The translations under genes were made by a program, and so were the position numbers. DNA of 64,000 nt from an uncultured Desulfurococcaceae archaeon (GTDB lineage: Archaea; Thermoproteota; Thermoprotei_A; Sulfolobales; NBVN01): the NCBI GenBank assembly GCA_964641155.1, contig CAZXJO010000001.1, forward strand, positions 232,765 through 296,764. Reading direction: 5' to 3'. Positions within the stretch are counted from its first letter, which is position 1. Every line of letters starts with the position of its first letter. The notes under the pieces were generated by a model. It saw only the letters and a list, made by a program, of their open reading frames with translations. It ran no database searches and was not told the origin of the DNA. Positions 45,743-56,016 of this stretch are shown here, piece by piece.

Positions 45743-47440
45743 TCAGTCAAAATCGAACTTACCTTTTTCTTCTTCGCCGCCTTCTCCTCCTTTACCGCCT
45801 TTACCCTCCTCCTTCTTCATGGGCGAAGCCGCTATTATGTCGTCGACTTTGAGTATTGCTGCCGCCGCCTCAGCCGACGCCTTAATCACTTGCTTCTTAA
45901 CTATGACTGGCTCAGCTACGTTGATGAGCAACGCATCTTCAACGACCTTACCCTTCAGCACGTCAATACCGGCGTATATCTTACCATCGGCGTGCAGCTT
46001 CCTCAACTCCATGAGGGTTTCCAACGTATCAATACCAGCAGTTGATGCCAGCACGATGGCTATTTCCTCTAAGGCATCTGCAAACGATTGAATTGCTAGT
46101 TGTTCTTTACCACCAACACTTTCAGCGTACTTTCTCAACCTAAACGCTATCTCTATCTCCGGTGCGCCGCCTCCTGGGACCAACTTAGGATCTCTTAAGA
46201 TGTTCCTCATAGTGTGTAGTGCGTCGTTTAGGCTTCTCTCGGCTTCATCTATTATCATGTCGTTAGCTCCTCTTACAAGGATCGTCACGGCCTTGGGATT
46301 CTTACAGCCTTCCACGAAGACCATCTTATCGTTGCCAACCCTCCTCTCCTCTACTAGTTCAGCGTATCCTAAGTCCTTCTCACTGAGGTCTCTTATGCTC
46401 GTAACTATCCTGCCTCCAGTTGCTCTCTCCAACTTCTCCATGTCCGACCTCTTAACCCTCCTCACTGCTAGGATCCCCTTCTTAGCTAGGAAGTGTTGGG
46501 CTACGTCATCAATACCCTTCTGACATATGACCACGTTAGCACCGACAGCAGCCAACTTATCAACCATGTCCCTGAGGATGTTCTCCTTCTCCTCAATAAA
46601 TCTCCTCATCTGGAGTGGGTCACTTATCCTTATCTCAGCATCTATCTCAGGTTTCTCTATCTCTAAAGGTGCGTCGATTAAGGCGATCTTAGCCCTCTCA
46701 ACCCTCTTAGGCATGCCTGGATGCACTACTTCCTTATCCAAGACCACACCGTAAACCAACTGAGAATCAGCTAACGAAGCACCCTTCTTCTTCTCAATCT
46801 TAACGTTATCCAACCTCACCTCGTAGAGTCCCTCACCCTTCTTTTCGGAAGCCACCACGGCAGCAGTTATCACCATATCGATGAGCCTCTCAATAATGTC
46901 GGGTGTTGCTAGGTACTTGCTAGCTAGAGTTGTGTGAAGAACTTTAACTAGTTCCGGCTTAACTTTAGCTAAGCCTTCAGGTGTCTCAATACAGCTTACA
47001 TCTAACTTGATAGCTATCTCATCAAGTATTTCTAAAGCCTTAGCAGCAGCTTTCTTATAGCCTTCAATGATTATCGTCGGGTGGATGTTTTGGTCAAGTA
47101 AGGACTCCGCCCTGCTCAACAACGCGCCTGCTAAAACTACCGCTGATGTAGTGCCGTCACCCACTTCAGCGTCAACAGCCTTAGCGGTTTCGACTAATAG
47201 CTTAGCCGCTGGGTGTTGGACCTCCATCTCCTTAACTATGGAGGCACCATCGTTAGTTACTGTTATGTCTCCGAAGCTGTCGACAAGCATCTTATCAAGT
47301 CCTTTAGGACCTAAGCTGGTCTTCAAAACCTCAGCCAAAGCCCTAGCCGCTATTATGTTATTCCTCAAAGCATCCCTACCCTGAGTCCTTGACGTACCCT
47401 CCTTTAATATCACGACAGGTATCCCATATAGTGCAGTCAT
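45743..47440 (-). CDS. ths: Thermosome subunit (group II chaperonin)
   Basis: 565 aa with [39 protein letters not shown] and a Gly/Lys/Glu-rich C-terminal tail. Confidence 0.95.
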   Translation of the reverse strand: MTALYGIPVVILKEGTSRTQGRDALRNNIIAARALAEVLKTSLGPKGLDKMLVDSFGDITVTNDGASIVKEMEVQHPAAKLLVETAKAVDAEVGDGTTSAVVLAGALLSRAESLLDQNIHPTIIIEGYKKAAAKALEILDEIAIKLDVSCIETPEGLAKVKPELVKVLHTTLASKYLATPDIIERLIDMVITAAVVASEKKGEGLYEVRLDNVKIEKKKGASLADSQLVYGVVLDKEVVHPGMPKRVERAKIALIDAPLEIEKPEIDAEIRISDPLQMRRFIEEKENILRDMVDKLAAVGANVVICQKGIDDVAQHFLAKKGILAVRRVKRSDMEKLERATGGRIVTSIRDLSEKDLGYAELVEERRVGNDKMVFVEGCKNPKAVTILVRGANDMIIDEAERSLNDALHTMRNILRDPKLVPGGGAPEIEIAFRLRKYAESVGGKEQLAIQSFADALEEIAIVLASTAGIDTLETLMELRKLHADGKIYAGIDVLKGKVVEDALLINVAEPVIVKKQVIKASAEAAAAILKVDDIIAASPMKKEEGKGGKGGEGGEEEKGKFDFD

Positions 47441-47487
47441 ACTCTAATCCCTTGAATTCTATTTCAGTGACTTCTATATAAGCTTTA

Positions 47488-47925
47488 ATGAACGTCCCAG
47501 CTAACCGAACAAACACCCACACGAGACTTGATACAGCACTGATACTGCAAACGAATAGCATTAAAAGCCCATTGAAAGGTAATTCCCTCGGTGATGCTGT
47601 GAGGTTAGACCTAGAAGCAATTATGAGGGTCTACGAAGAACGTATAGACTCGGGAGACGTGGATAATGGCAACTTATTCATAGCGCTCCTCACGGGCTTT
47701 CTGGCATTCGTTAAGTACCATGGAGTGGTTGATGAGGCCGCAGTCTCCGAATTTGCGAGGGAGCTGAGGATTAGACTTATTGAAGGCCCGGATTATTTAA
47801 ATCCATACGTCATGGAATTACTTGGGATTTTAGAGGAGGAGGTTGATGAGAACTCCTTCTACGAATTAATAACTAAGTTGAGAGCCTTACTTAGGGAGGA
47901 GCGACTTGACAGACTTGAGGTCTGA
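47488..47925 (+). CDS. Hypothetical protein (start uncertain; internal ATG at 47623)
   Basis: 145-aa ORF divergent from the thermosome gene. Only the C-terminal ~100 aa (MRVYEERIDSG...) look protein-like. No family was recognised. Confidence 0.35.
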   Translation: MNVPANRTNTHTRLDTALILQTNSIKSPLKGNSLGDAVRLDLEAIMRVYEERIDSGDVDNGNLFIALLTGFLAFVKYHGVVDEAAVSEFARELRIRLIEGPDYLNPYVMELLGILEEEVDENSFYELITKLRALLREERLDRLEV

Positions 47926-48733
47926 GTTAGGGCTCCTATGCACTTCATGCGGTAGGAGGAGGGCTACGTACTTAAGGAGGATGTCAGGGGAAAGGCTGTG
48001 TGGTTTATGTTTTGAGAGGGCTCTAGTCAGAACTGTTAAGAGGGCTTTAAGGTATGTGAAAGAATTACGTCCTGGTGTGAGTGTAGCATCCCTCATAATT
48101 CCTGAGAGGCTTATAACGAGTCTTACAATGCTTTACCTCTTAAATAAGATTGAGAGGAAATACGGCTGCAGGGTCCTACCTTTAGCGTTCAGCACGAAGG
48201 GGTACAGGGAATTAATTGAGGATGTTGGTGAGTTAATCGTTAAAGGTAAGATGGGATTTGAGGGTACTTCGTTGGAAGTAGTGGAGGTTTATGGCGGCCT
48301 CAAAGACACAGCATGTGAAATACTTAACTACTATCTAAAGGTCTTACATGCTGAGATGGGTGGAAATATCCCCGTAGTAGCCGTCCCCCTCACTTTAAAC
48401 GACGTAAATGAGATAGTCATCAAATCACTACTGGACGGTGATTTAGGTCCCGCACTACTACAACCATCATTTAAGAAGGGGGATGTAACTTACGTAATAC
48501 CTTTTTACAGCGTCCCGACCTACGAGGTGTATGCGTTCTCCTATGTTAGAGGGATCTACGACCTAACGTTGGATGGGGTTATCACGGAAGTGACGTACGG
48601 TGAAGGGTGCTCGAGCAACGATTATGCTCTTATTAAGGAATTGGTCAGAGACCTCAGCTACAACAACCCAGAGCTAAGCCAAACGTTGTTGAAAACGGTT
48701 AACAGCTTACTGAGGAGGTATGTCACGCCTTAA
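47906..48733 (+). CDS. TtuA/NcsA-like N-type ATP-pyrophosphatase homolog lacking the PP-loop
   Basis: 275 aa. The N-terminal Zn finger CTSCG..(16)..CGLCF and downstream layout resemble tRNA 2-thiolation enzymes. However, VASLIIPERLITS replaces the SGGKDS PP-loop. Confidence 0.45.
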   Translation: MTDLRSELGLLCTSCGRRRATYLRRMSGERLCGLCFERALVRTVKRALRYVKELRPGVSVASLIIPERLITSLTMLYLLNKIERKYGCRVLPLAFSTKGYRELIEDVGELIVKGKMGFEGTSLEVVEVYGGLKDTACEILNYYLKVLHAEMGGNIPVVAVPLTLNDVNEIVIKSLLDGDLGPALLQPSFKKGDVTYVIPFYSVPTYEVYAFSYVRGIYDLTLDGVITEVTYGEGCSSNDYALIKELVRDLSYNNPELSQTLLKTVNSLLRRYVTP

Positions 48734-49107
48734 GTTACTGGCCTAAAGGTAAGTCTGACACCGTGCTGCTGTAACACGCTCTTCATACTAACCTTCAAGA
48801 CGTAGTAGTCTACCTGTATGTCCCTGAAGCAGTCCTCCTGCTCCAACACGTTCTTCCCCTTAAAGTATAGCCTTATCAGTGGTAACGTATTTATTCCCTC
48901 ATCTCCCTTGAACTCGGCGTCGACGGACACCGCATCAACCTCAAACACCGCGAAGTCTACTAGGTGTCCAATCCTCGACTCAAGCTTTTGAAGAAGGTTG
49001 GTTACGTAGTTCTTAGTCGCTGCGTCTCGATCCACGAACCCAACAAGCACTATGTCATTTATCGAAATCAGTTTCCTGAGCTCGTCAGCACTGTTAAGTA
49101 CTTTCAA
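48730..49107 (-). CDS. Thioredoxin-fold-like protein without a CxxC motif
   Basis: 125 aa with a Trx-like beta-alpha pattern (IVLVGFVDRDAATKNY..., TLPLIRLYFKGKNV) but no redox cysteines. Confidence 0.4.
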   Translation of the reverse strand: MKVLNSADELRKLISINDIVLVGFVDRDAATKNYVTNLLQKLESRIGHLVDFAVFEVDAVSVDAEFKGDEGINTLPLIRLYFKGKNVLEQEDCFRDIQVDYYVLKVSMKSVLQQHGVRLTFRPVT

Positions 49108-50011
49108 GACCTACTCCTTCCTCACATAGTTCTCTGTAAATGTCCCTAATTAACGTTCTCTCACTGCTGTCTAACATCACCTCCACGTCAATTCCCTCAT
49201 CCCTCAAATCCTTAGGGTGCTTAATCCCATTACCGTTAACCACCAAATAATCATATCTAGTCAGCTCCCTCAGCTCATCACACTGCAGCGACCGTAGGTA
49301 ATTCTTAAGCAGATCCTTAAAACCTAAAAACTCTTTCAAGGACTTCTCGCTGACCACGTTGCCGCATACCAAGCAATGCATGTCCTTAGTCAGTGAGTTG
49401 AATAAGCACTTCGGGCACGTAATGGGTAATGTCCGAGACCTTTGCTCCATCCAAGCAATCCTCCATAACATCCTGAGAAGTGGTAGTACATCCTCTCTGC
49501 CCAACCTAATCACCTCCCTGTAGAGCCTCGGCGCAACACTTAGAATAGCCCTGTCCACGTTGCTGACCACGAAGTCAACGTGTTCAGGACTCAACTCCTC
49601 CCTAATGTTCAGCAGTGCTAGAGCCATGAGCGGGTAGATGTTATCTGAATACCTCCTAAACCTCTTAGCAATTGTTTGGACGTCCGGCCTCGAAGTCGGG
49701 GACCCGTAGAGCAACTCCACGGGATGCCTGAGTAACTCCAAATATTCCTCCCTACTTAAGCCTAGGTAGTCCAGACCTAAGGAGTTCACTAACTCGTCAA
49801 CGTTCTTCTCAAGCCAGGAATCTATGTCAACTTCTTTCTTGGCCTTACTCACACCTCTACTCCTAGCCCCCGCCGTCTCTTTAATCACCTCCTTACCCTC
49901 GCTAACCTCACCCCCGCCCTTCGCACCTTTATCTTTTCTCTTTTTAGTCACTTCAATCCCTGCGAAGACCGGGTGAGGATGTTTCAGCACAGTACGAGGA
50001 GTTTTGACCAC
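49094..50011 (-). CDS. Hypothetical protein with basic N-terminal tail and internal Zn ribbon
   Basis: 305 aa with a Lys/Gly-rich N-terminus and CPKCLFNS..(8)..CLVCGN. No family was recognised. Confidence 0.45.
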   Translation of the reverse strand: MVKTPRTVLKHPHPVFAGIEVTKKRKDKGAKGGGEVSEGKEVIKETAGARSRGVSKAKKEVDIDSWLEKNVDELVNSLGLDYLGLSREEYLELLRHPVELLYGSPTSRPDVQTIAKRFRRYSDNIYPLMALALLNIREELSPEHVDFVVSNVDRAILSVAPRLYREVIRLGREDVLPLLRMLWRIAWMEQRSRTLPITCPKCLFNSLTKDMHCLVCGNVVSEKSLKEFLGFKDLLKNYLRSLQCDELRELTRYDYLVVNGNGIKHPKDLRDEGIDVEVMLDSSERTLIRDIYRELCEEGVGLEST

Positions 50012-50039
50012 GCCAATTTAGGAAGCAGTTGTAAAACAT

Positions 50040-50105
50040 GTTATCAGTAAACCGACCCATCATCATCTTACCATTGTTCAGGCCCGGTTTCAAACATCAT
50101 CGACC
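50040..50105 (-). ncRNA. C/D box sRNA
   Basis: Minus strand layout: C ATGATGT (50100-50094), 12-nt guide TTGAAACCGGGC, D' CTGA (50081-50078), and an 11-nt spacer. Then C' ATGATGA (50066-50060), 12-nt guide TGGGTCGGTTTA, and D CTGA (50047-50044). It begins directly after the SAM synthetase stop codon. Confidence 0.75.
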
Positions 50106-51329
50106 TTAAAACATACTAACCTGTTCATTAATTATCATTTCGGTAAGTCTGGTTATTTTATTTAACTCGCTCCTAACTATCTCCTCAACATCAGAACTAA
50201 CTGCCCGGAAGTTGGCGCTATCATCAACTATTAGCTTAACCACCGCCACTAAGGGTTCACTGATAGGCTTACCGATCTGACTCAATATTTCCATGTAAAC
50301 CTCCCTAACTTTGGGTACTTCCTTAATTACTTTATCGCATAGGTACTTGGCCAGGATGTTGTATAGTTTACCGACGTGACTTACTGGGTTCTTACCCGCG
50401 GTTGCTTCAAGACTCATAGGCCTCAGAGGCGTTATCAAGCCGTTGACCCTATTACCTCTGCCGGTAGCTCCATCATCTCCGTGCTCCGCCGAAGTTCCGG
50501 TCACTGAGAGGTATACAATTCCCTTCTCGGGGTTATCAGCGGTATTGACATATACGTCCACATCATACCCTACCGCTACCTTAGCAGCTAGGTCTGCCAC
50601 CCTATTAACTATTTCCTCCTTAACCGACAGGTAGTGATCCAAGTCAGGTGTTAGACTCGATATGATGGCCGCAGCTATCGTTAACTTGATCTTATTGCCG
50701 ACACGTAAACCCATGACCTTAACATCTTCCCCTACTTCCGGTAATGGCTTCTTCACGTCTCCGCTGTTCAAGTATCTCTCAACGTTATAGACTAATTTCT
50801 CAAGAGTTGAAAGTGGTGCGTAACTAACTCCGAAGCTGGTGTCGTTGGAGAGAGGTGTTGATTTAAGCCCCAGCTTATACGTTTGTGTTAAGTCTGCACT
50901 ACCACTCCTGATTTTATAGTCCACCACAACATGCTTCTCAGGGTCTAAGAACCTGAAATTCCTCCTTACCCAGTCCTTAACAGCTTCAATAACTATAGTC
51001 CCCACAGGTACGTACTCCATAGAATTTCCATCACCTATAACGACTTCAGTGCCCCTACCAGCAACGACTATGTAGATGGGGTGTAATACTTCGCCGCCTC
51101 CGAACTTAGGGGCTGATTGCCCACCCACTAAGAGTACCTTATCTAAATTATGGTGAAGTATCACACCATACTTCTTGAGGTAGTACTTGGATAAAGCAAC
51201 GCTTGAAGCTTCAGCCACGGCGTCAGCTATATAGTCCGGATGCCCTAAACCCTTCCTCTCAACCAATTCAACGTTTTGCTCCTCCACCGGCACGAATCTC
51301 AGTTCTTCAATCACTATGTTCGTCGACAT
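50106..51329 (-). CDS. mat: Archaeal-type S-adenosylmethionine synthetase
   Basis: 407 aa from the ATG at 51329 ([10 protein letters not shown]...[17 protein letters not shown]). An AT-rich TATA region lies about 35 nt upstream. The ORF-track start at 51476 adds 49 non-homologous residues. Confidence 0.9.
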   Translation of the reverse strand: MSTNIVIEELRFVPVEEQNVELVERKGLGHPDYIADAVAEASSVALSKYYLKKYGVILHHNLDKVLLVGGQSAPKFGGGEVLHPIYIVVAGRGTEVVIGDGNSMEYVPVGTIVIEAVKDWVRRNFRFLDPEKHVVVDYKIRSGSADLTQTYKLGLKSTPLSNDTSFGVSYAPLSTLEKLVYNVERYLNSGDVKKPLPEVGEDVKVMGLRVGNKIKLTIAAAIISSLTPDLDHYLSVKEEIVNRVADLAAKVAVGYDVDVYVNTADNPEKGIVYLSVTGTSAEHGDDGATGRGNRVNGLITPLRPMSLEATAGKNPVSHVGKLYNILAKYLCDKVIKEVPKVREVYMEILSQIGKPISEPLVAVVKLIVDDSANFRAVSSDVEEIVRSELNKITRLTEMIINEQVSMF

Positions 51330-51456
51330 ATTCCCTCCCTGTAGATTGGTCGTGTGTGCCATTATTAATTTTAATAAACAACTAACGTCAAGAATATTAC
51401 TATCAGTAATATAATTGATGCCTGCAAACATCTCAGCAGACGCAATGTAGGTATTG

Positions 51457-51708
51457 CTACTCGGATCCGTAATCAATTGCTATGTACAGTATCTGGCTAC
51501 CCCTTATGAAGACAGTGCCATATTTGGCTATGGGGGATTTCCCACCATCAGAGTACTCCATGCACTCGTTAAGGACAACATTCATCGTCAAATCAACCAT
51601 AACTAGTTTGCCGATGTATTCGTAGCCATCTTTGACCTTAACCAGTACGTTCTTATTTATAGCGGTCTTCAAGGTCCTAAACGGGTTATCGACTTTAGTG
51701 ACCCCCAT
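51457..51708 (-). CDS. Sm-like archaeal protein (SmAP/LSm)
   Basis: The Sm1/Sm2 pattern is NKNVLVKVKDGYEYIGKLVMVDLTMNVVL ... VFIRGSQILYI. The ATG at 51708 fits the TATA box TTATAAATTTAAAAA at about 51745-51760. Confidence 0.85.
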   Translation of the reverse strand: MGVTKVDNPFRTLKTAINKNVLVKVKDGYEYIGKLVMVDLTMNVVLNECMEYSDGGKSPIAKYGTVFIRGSQILYIAIDYGSE

Positions 51709-51904
51709 TAACCTGCTACCCTCAAAGAATAGCATCTCGCGTTTTTAAATTTATAAGTTTCTCCGCAGGTAGTCCTCCGTGCGAACGTCATTAGACTCAC
51801 CCCCTCGCTGTCGAATTGTTTGAACGGTAGCGGATAATTGTAACAAGATTATTAACCGCAATTGCGTAGGTTCAGTCGGGTTTGACTTACAGGGGTAATT
51901 CGGG

Positions 51905-53926
51905 TTGAGTGACAGATGTGACGTGATAGTGGGGTTAGACGTTGTTACATCTGGCGCGAAATTAAGTGACTACTCATATGCCCTGGCAGTGTTAAGGAAT
52001 GATGAACTCACGACTTATGAGTGCGTGAGTTTGAGCAGGCTTATAAGGCTTTTATGGGAACTCAGACCTAAATGGATAGCTTTAGATAACATCATGGAAC
52101 TAGGTGGGAGTAAGAGGAACCTCATCAGGATCCTCCGCCTACTACCCCCCGAGAGCAAGGTAGTCCAAGTAACTTTAAACAACAACGAGTTAGTAGATTT
52201 ACGCAAGCTAGCTCTTAAAACTGGCCTACAACTCGAGCAGGGTAAGTTACCGCCCCAGAAAACGGCCGAGGTCTTAGCAATACTCTCCACTAAGGGCTAC
52301 GGTACGGTGTTGAAGCTGTTTGAGGATAAGGTTAGGGTCGTTATAAGCAGGGGGAAAGTTCCAGGGCCAGGGGGTTCTAGCTCCGATAGGTTTAAGAGGG
52401 GCTTGAGGGCTTCGGTATTAAGCGCTACTAAGAAGTTTAAGGAGGAGCTGGATAAGAGGGGTTTGGACTACGACCTAACTTTCAGGAAGAGTGAGGGAGG
52501 TATTGACCGAGCGTTATTCACGGTGTACTCGCCGTGGCATGAACTCAGCGAAGTAGTTAAGTCTGTGAAGGGTTATGACGTCAGCATAAAGGTTAAGCCG
52601 GTGATTAGGAAGAAGTTCATAGACTTAATGTTCAACGATGCCCGTGGTGATAGGTTCCTCATAGTAGGGGTGGATCCGGGTATTGAGACGGGGCTAGCGA
52701 TAATTGACTTAGATCTCAGACCCCTAGTTCTTACCAGTGGTAAGAACTTAGATAGGGAGAAAATAATTCAGATAGTCCTTAAGCATGGTACGCCCGTCCT
52801 AGTCGCCACTGATAAAAACCCCCCTCCCGAGATGGTTGAGAAGCTCGCAGCCAACTTAAACGCCATGTTGTACTATCCGCCAAGGAGTCTTAGCAGTAGT
52901 GAGAAGGATGCGTTGGTTTACGATTACCTGGCGATGTACGGGATAAGCACGAGAACAACACATGAAAGGGATTCCTTAGCTTCATGTATAAAGGCGTATA
53001 AGGAGTTCGAGGATAAGATCAGGCAACTCACCTCAAAGCTTAATGAGATAGGGTTACCGGTCCCGAAGTTGCAGAAGTATAAAGCCGAGATAATTAAGGG
53101 TAGGAGCATTGCGGACGTGATCGAGGACGTAATAAGTACTTACATCAGCAAGGAGAGTACCTATAGCAGGGATAGCCTAGTGCGTGTCATTAAGTTGTTG
53201 GCTAATGAGGAGATCGATAGGAAGGATAGGGAACTTCTAAGTCAGATTGAGAGGGTATCTAAGGAACGTGACATGCTTAAGGGGCGGATTAAGGAATTAG
53301 AGAAGAGGCTTTCTGAGTTGGAGACGGAGTTGACCTTGAGGGCCGTGGAGTTTGACGCTGAAGTAGCTAGGGACAGGGAGGTCTCGGAGTTGAAGCACAG
53401 GTTGAGGAAACTCAACGACCATGTAGGTAAATTGGAGGGGCAGTTGTTAGATGCTACTAAGCTCCTAGACCGCTATAGGAACTTATTTAACTCTCTATTC
53501 ACCGGTAATTACGTATTGGTCAGGCGTCTCCGCACGCTTACGGCGGATGAGCTGACTAGATCGACTCAGGAATTAGGTGCGTTACGTGAGGATGAGGTAG
53601 TGTTCGTGGATGAGCTACGTGATGTCGGGGAAGTTGTCGTTAAGACTGCCAAGAATTTGAGGTTGAAGTTTGTGATTCATAAATCCGTGGAAATACCTCC
53701 ACGCATTATGGAAATGTATGAGTTAGTTGTTCATCAATGTGACGGATTCGTGGAGGTAAACGATGCGTTAGTGTTAGTTCCCGCATCAACTGTGACGGAG
53801 TTACGGAGGATTGAGGAGGAGATGCGTAGGAAAAGTAGGGGTAAACTCGAGGTAGATTATGAGAAGCTCCTAAACATAGTGAGGGAGTATAGGAGCGGTA
53901 GGTCTGTTAAAGTGGCCGAGAGTTAA
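51905..53926 (+). CDS. DUF460/COG2433-like protein (RNase H-fold nuclease-like domain plus long coiled coil)
   Basis: 673 aa. FLIVGVDPGIETGLAIIDLD...VLVATDKNPPP resembles the DUF460 core. Residues ~440-510 are heptad-rich (KERDMLKGRIKELEKRLSELETEL). Confidence 0.65.
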   Translation: MSDRCDVIVGLDVVTSGAKLSDYSYALAVLRNDELTTYECVSLSRLIRLLWELRPKWIALDNIMELGGSKRNLIRILRLLPPESKVVQVTLNNNELVDLRKLALKTGLQLEQGKLPPQKTAEVLAILSTKGYGTVLKLFEDKVRVVISRGKVPGPGGSSSDRFKRGLRASVLSATKKFKEELDKRGLDYDLTFRKSEGGIDRALFTVYSPWHELSEVVKSVKGYDVSIKVKPVIRKKFIDLMFNDARGDRFLIVGVDPGIETGLAIIDLDLRPLVLTSGKNLDREKIIQIVLKHGTPVLVATDKNPPPEMVEKLAANLNAMLYYPPRSLSSSEKDALVYDYLAMYGISTRTTHERDSLASCIKAYKEFEDKIRQLTSKLNEIGLPVPKLQKYKAEIIKGRSIADVIEDVISTYISKESTYSRDSLVRVIKLLANEEIDRKDRELLSQIERVSKERDMLKGRIKELEKRLSELETELTLRAVEFDAEVARDREVSELKHRLRKLNDHVGKLEGQLLDATKLLDRYRNLFNSLFTGNYVLVRRLRTLTADELTRSTQELGALREDEVVFVDELRDVGEVVVKTAKNLRLKFVIHKSVEIPPRIMEMYELVVHQCDGFVEVNDALVLVPASTVTELRRIEEEMRRKSRGKLEVDYEKLLNIVREYRSGRSVKVAES

Positions 53927-53999
53927 ACCTACCGAAATCAAGTAGTTTGATATTGATTTAGACGTGCCTGAAGTGGTTAGAATCTGAGGCGGCAACCGC

Positions 54000-54446
54000 T
54001 TAAGAAAGCAACCTACGTGCGATGAGGGAGAGGTAACCTACTGCAGGGATCTTGAGTGGTAGGCCGTTTATCTCTAAGACTTTGCCCACAACCCTATGAG
54101 TCGGCACACCAACCAATTCAAATTCCTGATAATCAGGTAACGCGTTGTTATCCCCCTTAGTTACGTAGTACAGTTGGTTGCTCACATTAAGTATTTCGAT
54201 GACTCTGTGAATTACAAACCCGCCTCCTAATTTCTTCCTGTATATGATCACATCACCTACCCTGATATCGGTGGTCTTCACTATTATTACTAAGTCACCT
54301 GTCTGAAACAGCGGTTCCATGCTGGGACCTTCCACGGTCCCTAAGACAATGACTCCGAAGATGTTAAGCAGTATGACTATCAATAACAACAATGCTATGA
54401 TGTCGCCCAATATCATCAGCACTTTATACCTCATCCACCTAGTCAC
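54000..54446 (-). CDS. Signal peptidase I (archaeal S26B/Sec11 type)
   Basis: 148 aa with an N-terminal TM segment, GPSMEPLFQTGDLVIIV and a GDNN motif. Confidence 0.85.
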   Translation of the reverse strand: MTRWMRYKVLMILGDIIALLLLIVILLNIFGVIVLGTVEGPSMEPLFQTGDLVIIVKTTDIRVGDVIIYRKKLGGGFVIHRVIEILNVSNQLYYVTKGDNNALPDYQEFELVGVPTHRVVGKVLEINGLPLKIPAVGYLSLIARRLLS

Positions 54447-54757
54447 TCTTCCAGATCGAGGTCACTCAAATCCACTTCTATTACCTGGCCCGCCCGTTTT
54501 TCCTTCCCCGACTTACCACCCTTTAAAACCTTCTTAGAAGTCCCTCCTCCGGCCTCAACTTCAACCTCGTCCCCGCCTGTCTTAATCTTACTTATAACAC
54601 CCCTCCACCTATAGCCGCAATTACCACAGTTAAACGAGCCCATAACAGTTATTGTTATCCTGCCCTCTGAATCTGGTAGAGGCGATATTAGCTGCCAACT
54701 CTTTTCCGGCTTAACCTCTGAGTTACACTTGGGGCATTTAACCATTAAGTTCCCCAC
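54443..54757 (-). CDS. Zinc-ribbon protein with acidic/basic tail
   Basis: 104 aa with CPKCNS..(31)..CGNCGY. Its stop overlaps the signal peptidase start. Confidence 0.45.
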   Translation of the reverse strand: MGNLMVKCPKCNSEVKPEKSWQLISPLPDSEGRITITVMGSFNCGNCGYRWRGVISKIKTGGDEVEVEAGGGTSKKVLKGGKSGKEKRAGQVIEVDLSDLDLEE

Positions 54758-54821
54758 TATCTTCAGTAATTACGAATATAAGGTTAATTAAACCTTAATG
54801 AGTTGTCCACACCGTTACCGG

Positions 54822-55370
54822 CTAAGTTACCTTAAAGCTTGACCTCATTAAGACTGTTCCCGAGTTAGCATTGATTAACGATAATTCAAACTCCTCAGTA
54901 TTGATGAATGCTAATGTGGGTGCCTCAGTTAAGTACCCTGAAAGAGCGCCTGGATTTAGTAGGACGGAATTCCCAACCCTTTCAATCTTAGGGGTGTGGG
55001 TGTGTCCAAACATTATTAAGTCGTAGTGTTGGCTTAACGCTAGGGAGTGGGCAAACCTCTCCGTCAGCTCTCTAGATCCATAACCATGCATCATAAGAAC
55101 TCTTAGGCCGTCAATATTAACCTCTGTAGGGGGCTCGTGAATCTCACCCGATGCTCCCAAAACCTTGAGCATCAGTACTTTATCCCCGTCGTTATTCCCG
55201 AAGATACCTAAGAACCTTACGTTGGTGGTTAACAGCTTCCTCAAAGTGAATGGGGAGACATAATCACCTAAATGAACCATCAGTTCCGCATCCAGTTTAG
55301 ATAAGTACGTACTCAGCTTATCTACGGCTGAGAGGTTATCGTGGGTATCTGAGATAATCACGATCCTCAA
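54822..55370 (-). CDS. MJ0936/YfcE-family metallophosphoesterase
   Basis: 182 aa with ISDTHDN, GDYVSP, GNNDG and GHTH motifs. Confidence 0.85.
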   Translation of the reverse strand: MRIVIISDTHDNLSAVDKLSTYLSKLDAELMVHLGDYVSPFTLRKLLTTNVRFLGIFGNNDGDKVLMLKVLGASGEIHEPPTEVNIDGLRVLMMHGYGSRELTERFAHSLALSQHYDLIMFGHTHTPKIERVGNSVLLNPGALSGYLTEAPTLAFINTEEFELSLINANSGTVLMRSSFKVT

Positions 55371-55458
55371 CTTAGGACCCCTTAAGGAAATGAACTTAAT
55401 AATAAAAAAATGGTTTTGTTTTACATACTTGGGCCGGAGTCCTGGCCGTCTAAGGTGT

Positions 55459-55641
55459 TTAAGCTGGGTAGTCGTCCGGAACCTTAGCTCTGAAGTACTT
55501 ACCTGATTCAGGGCTCTTAAAGAGACCTATCTTAACCCCTTTCCTGCCTTTAGGCGCTAAAGTCCACACTTTCTCCGGAGCTAGCTGGACCTCTTTACCT
55601 GTTGTCGGGTCCTTAACTTTTACAGGTGCTTTCTTGGACAT
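55459..55641 (-). CDS. cren7: Chromatin protein Cren7
   Basis: 60 aa from the ATG at 55641: [60 protein letters not shown]. This closely follows the Cren7 pattern (..[35 protein letters not shown]). Confidence 0.9.
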   Translation of the reverse strand: MSKKAPVKVKDPTTGKEVQLAPEKVWTLAPKGRKGVKIGLFKSPESGKYFRAKVPDDYPA

Positions 55642-55913
55642 GGCTATATCACCATGATAGTAATGGTTAATCATTGTTTAAAGGTTATGTAAGACCTTTA
55701 AAGTACAATAATTATTATAAATAAAAAATTCCTTAAAAAATTTGAAGGATTACTTTAATAATGAATTCATGAACAACGCCAATTATCGACTAAACATGAT
55801 CAGGGTTTTTAATTACATAATTAAAACATTAAAGAGTGTTAATCTGAAGTACTACACGATGTCATAAGAGTGCCATGAACTTAGCTCGAGAAGTGGCTGG
55901 AGGTGTAGTGTGG

Positions 55914-55970
55914 TCATTCAGAACCCAGTCACCAATCACCGTTCATAGCTTTTAACCGTCATCATCTCCT
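55914..55970 (-). ncRNA. Candidate C/D box sRNA (degenerate internal boxes)
   Basis: Minus strand layout: C ATGATGA (55965-55959), 12-nt guide CGGTTAAAAGCT, D'-like ATGA, and a 3-nt spacer. Then C'-like GTGATTG, 11-nt guide GTGACTGGGTT, and D CTGA (55921-55918). Confidence 0.5.
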
Positions 55971-56016
55971 TAATTGTTTGCAGGTCGATTTAAAACTGTT
56001 GTAGTCATCACGTAAA

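Noticed and set aside
45725-46091. Two plus-strand ORFs (106 and 118 aa) at the thermosome 3' end
   Set aside because: They are antisense to the highly conserved thermosome gene, and their repetitive Ser/Ala/Phe-rich sequences are typical of shadow ORFs.
55680-55860. Very AT-rich stretch upstream of cren7, considered as a second origin
   Set aside because: It has no ORB-like repeats or G-strings and no inverted-repeat organisation. The position fits the cren7 promoter and upstream region instead.
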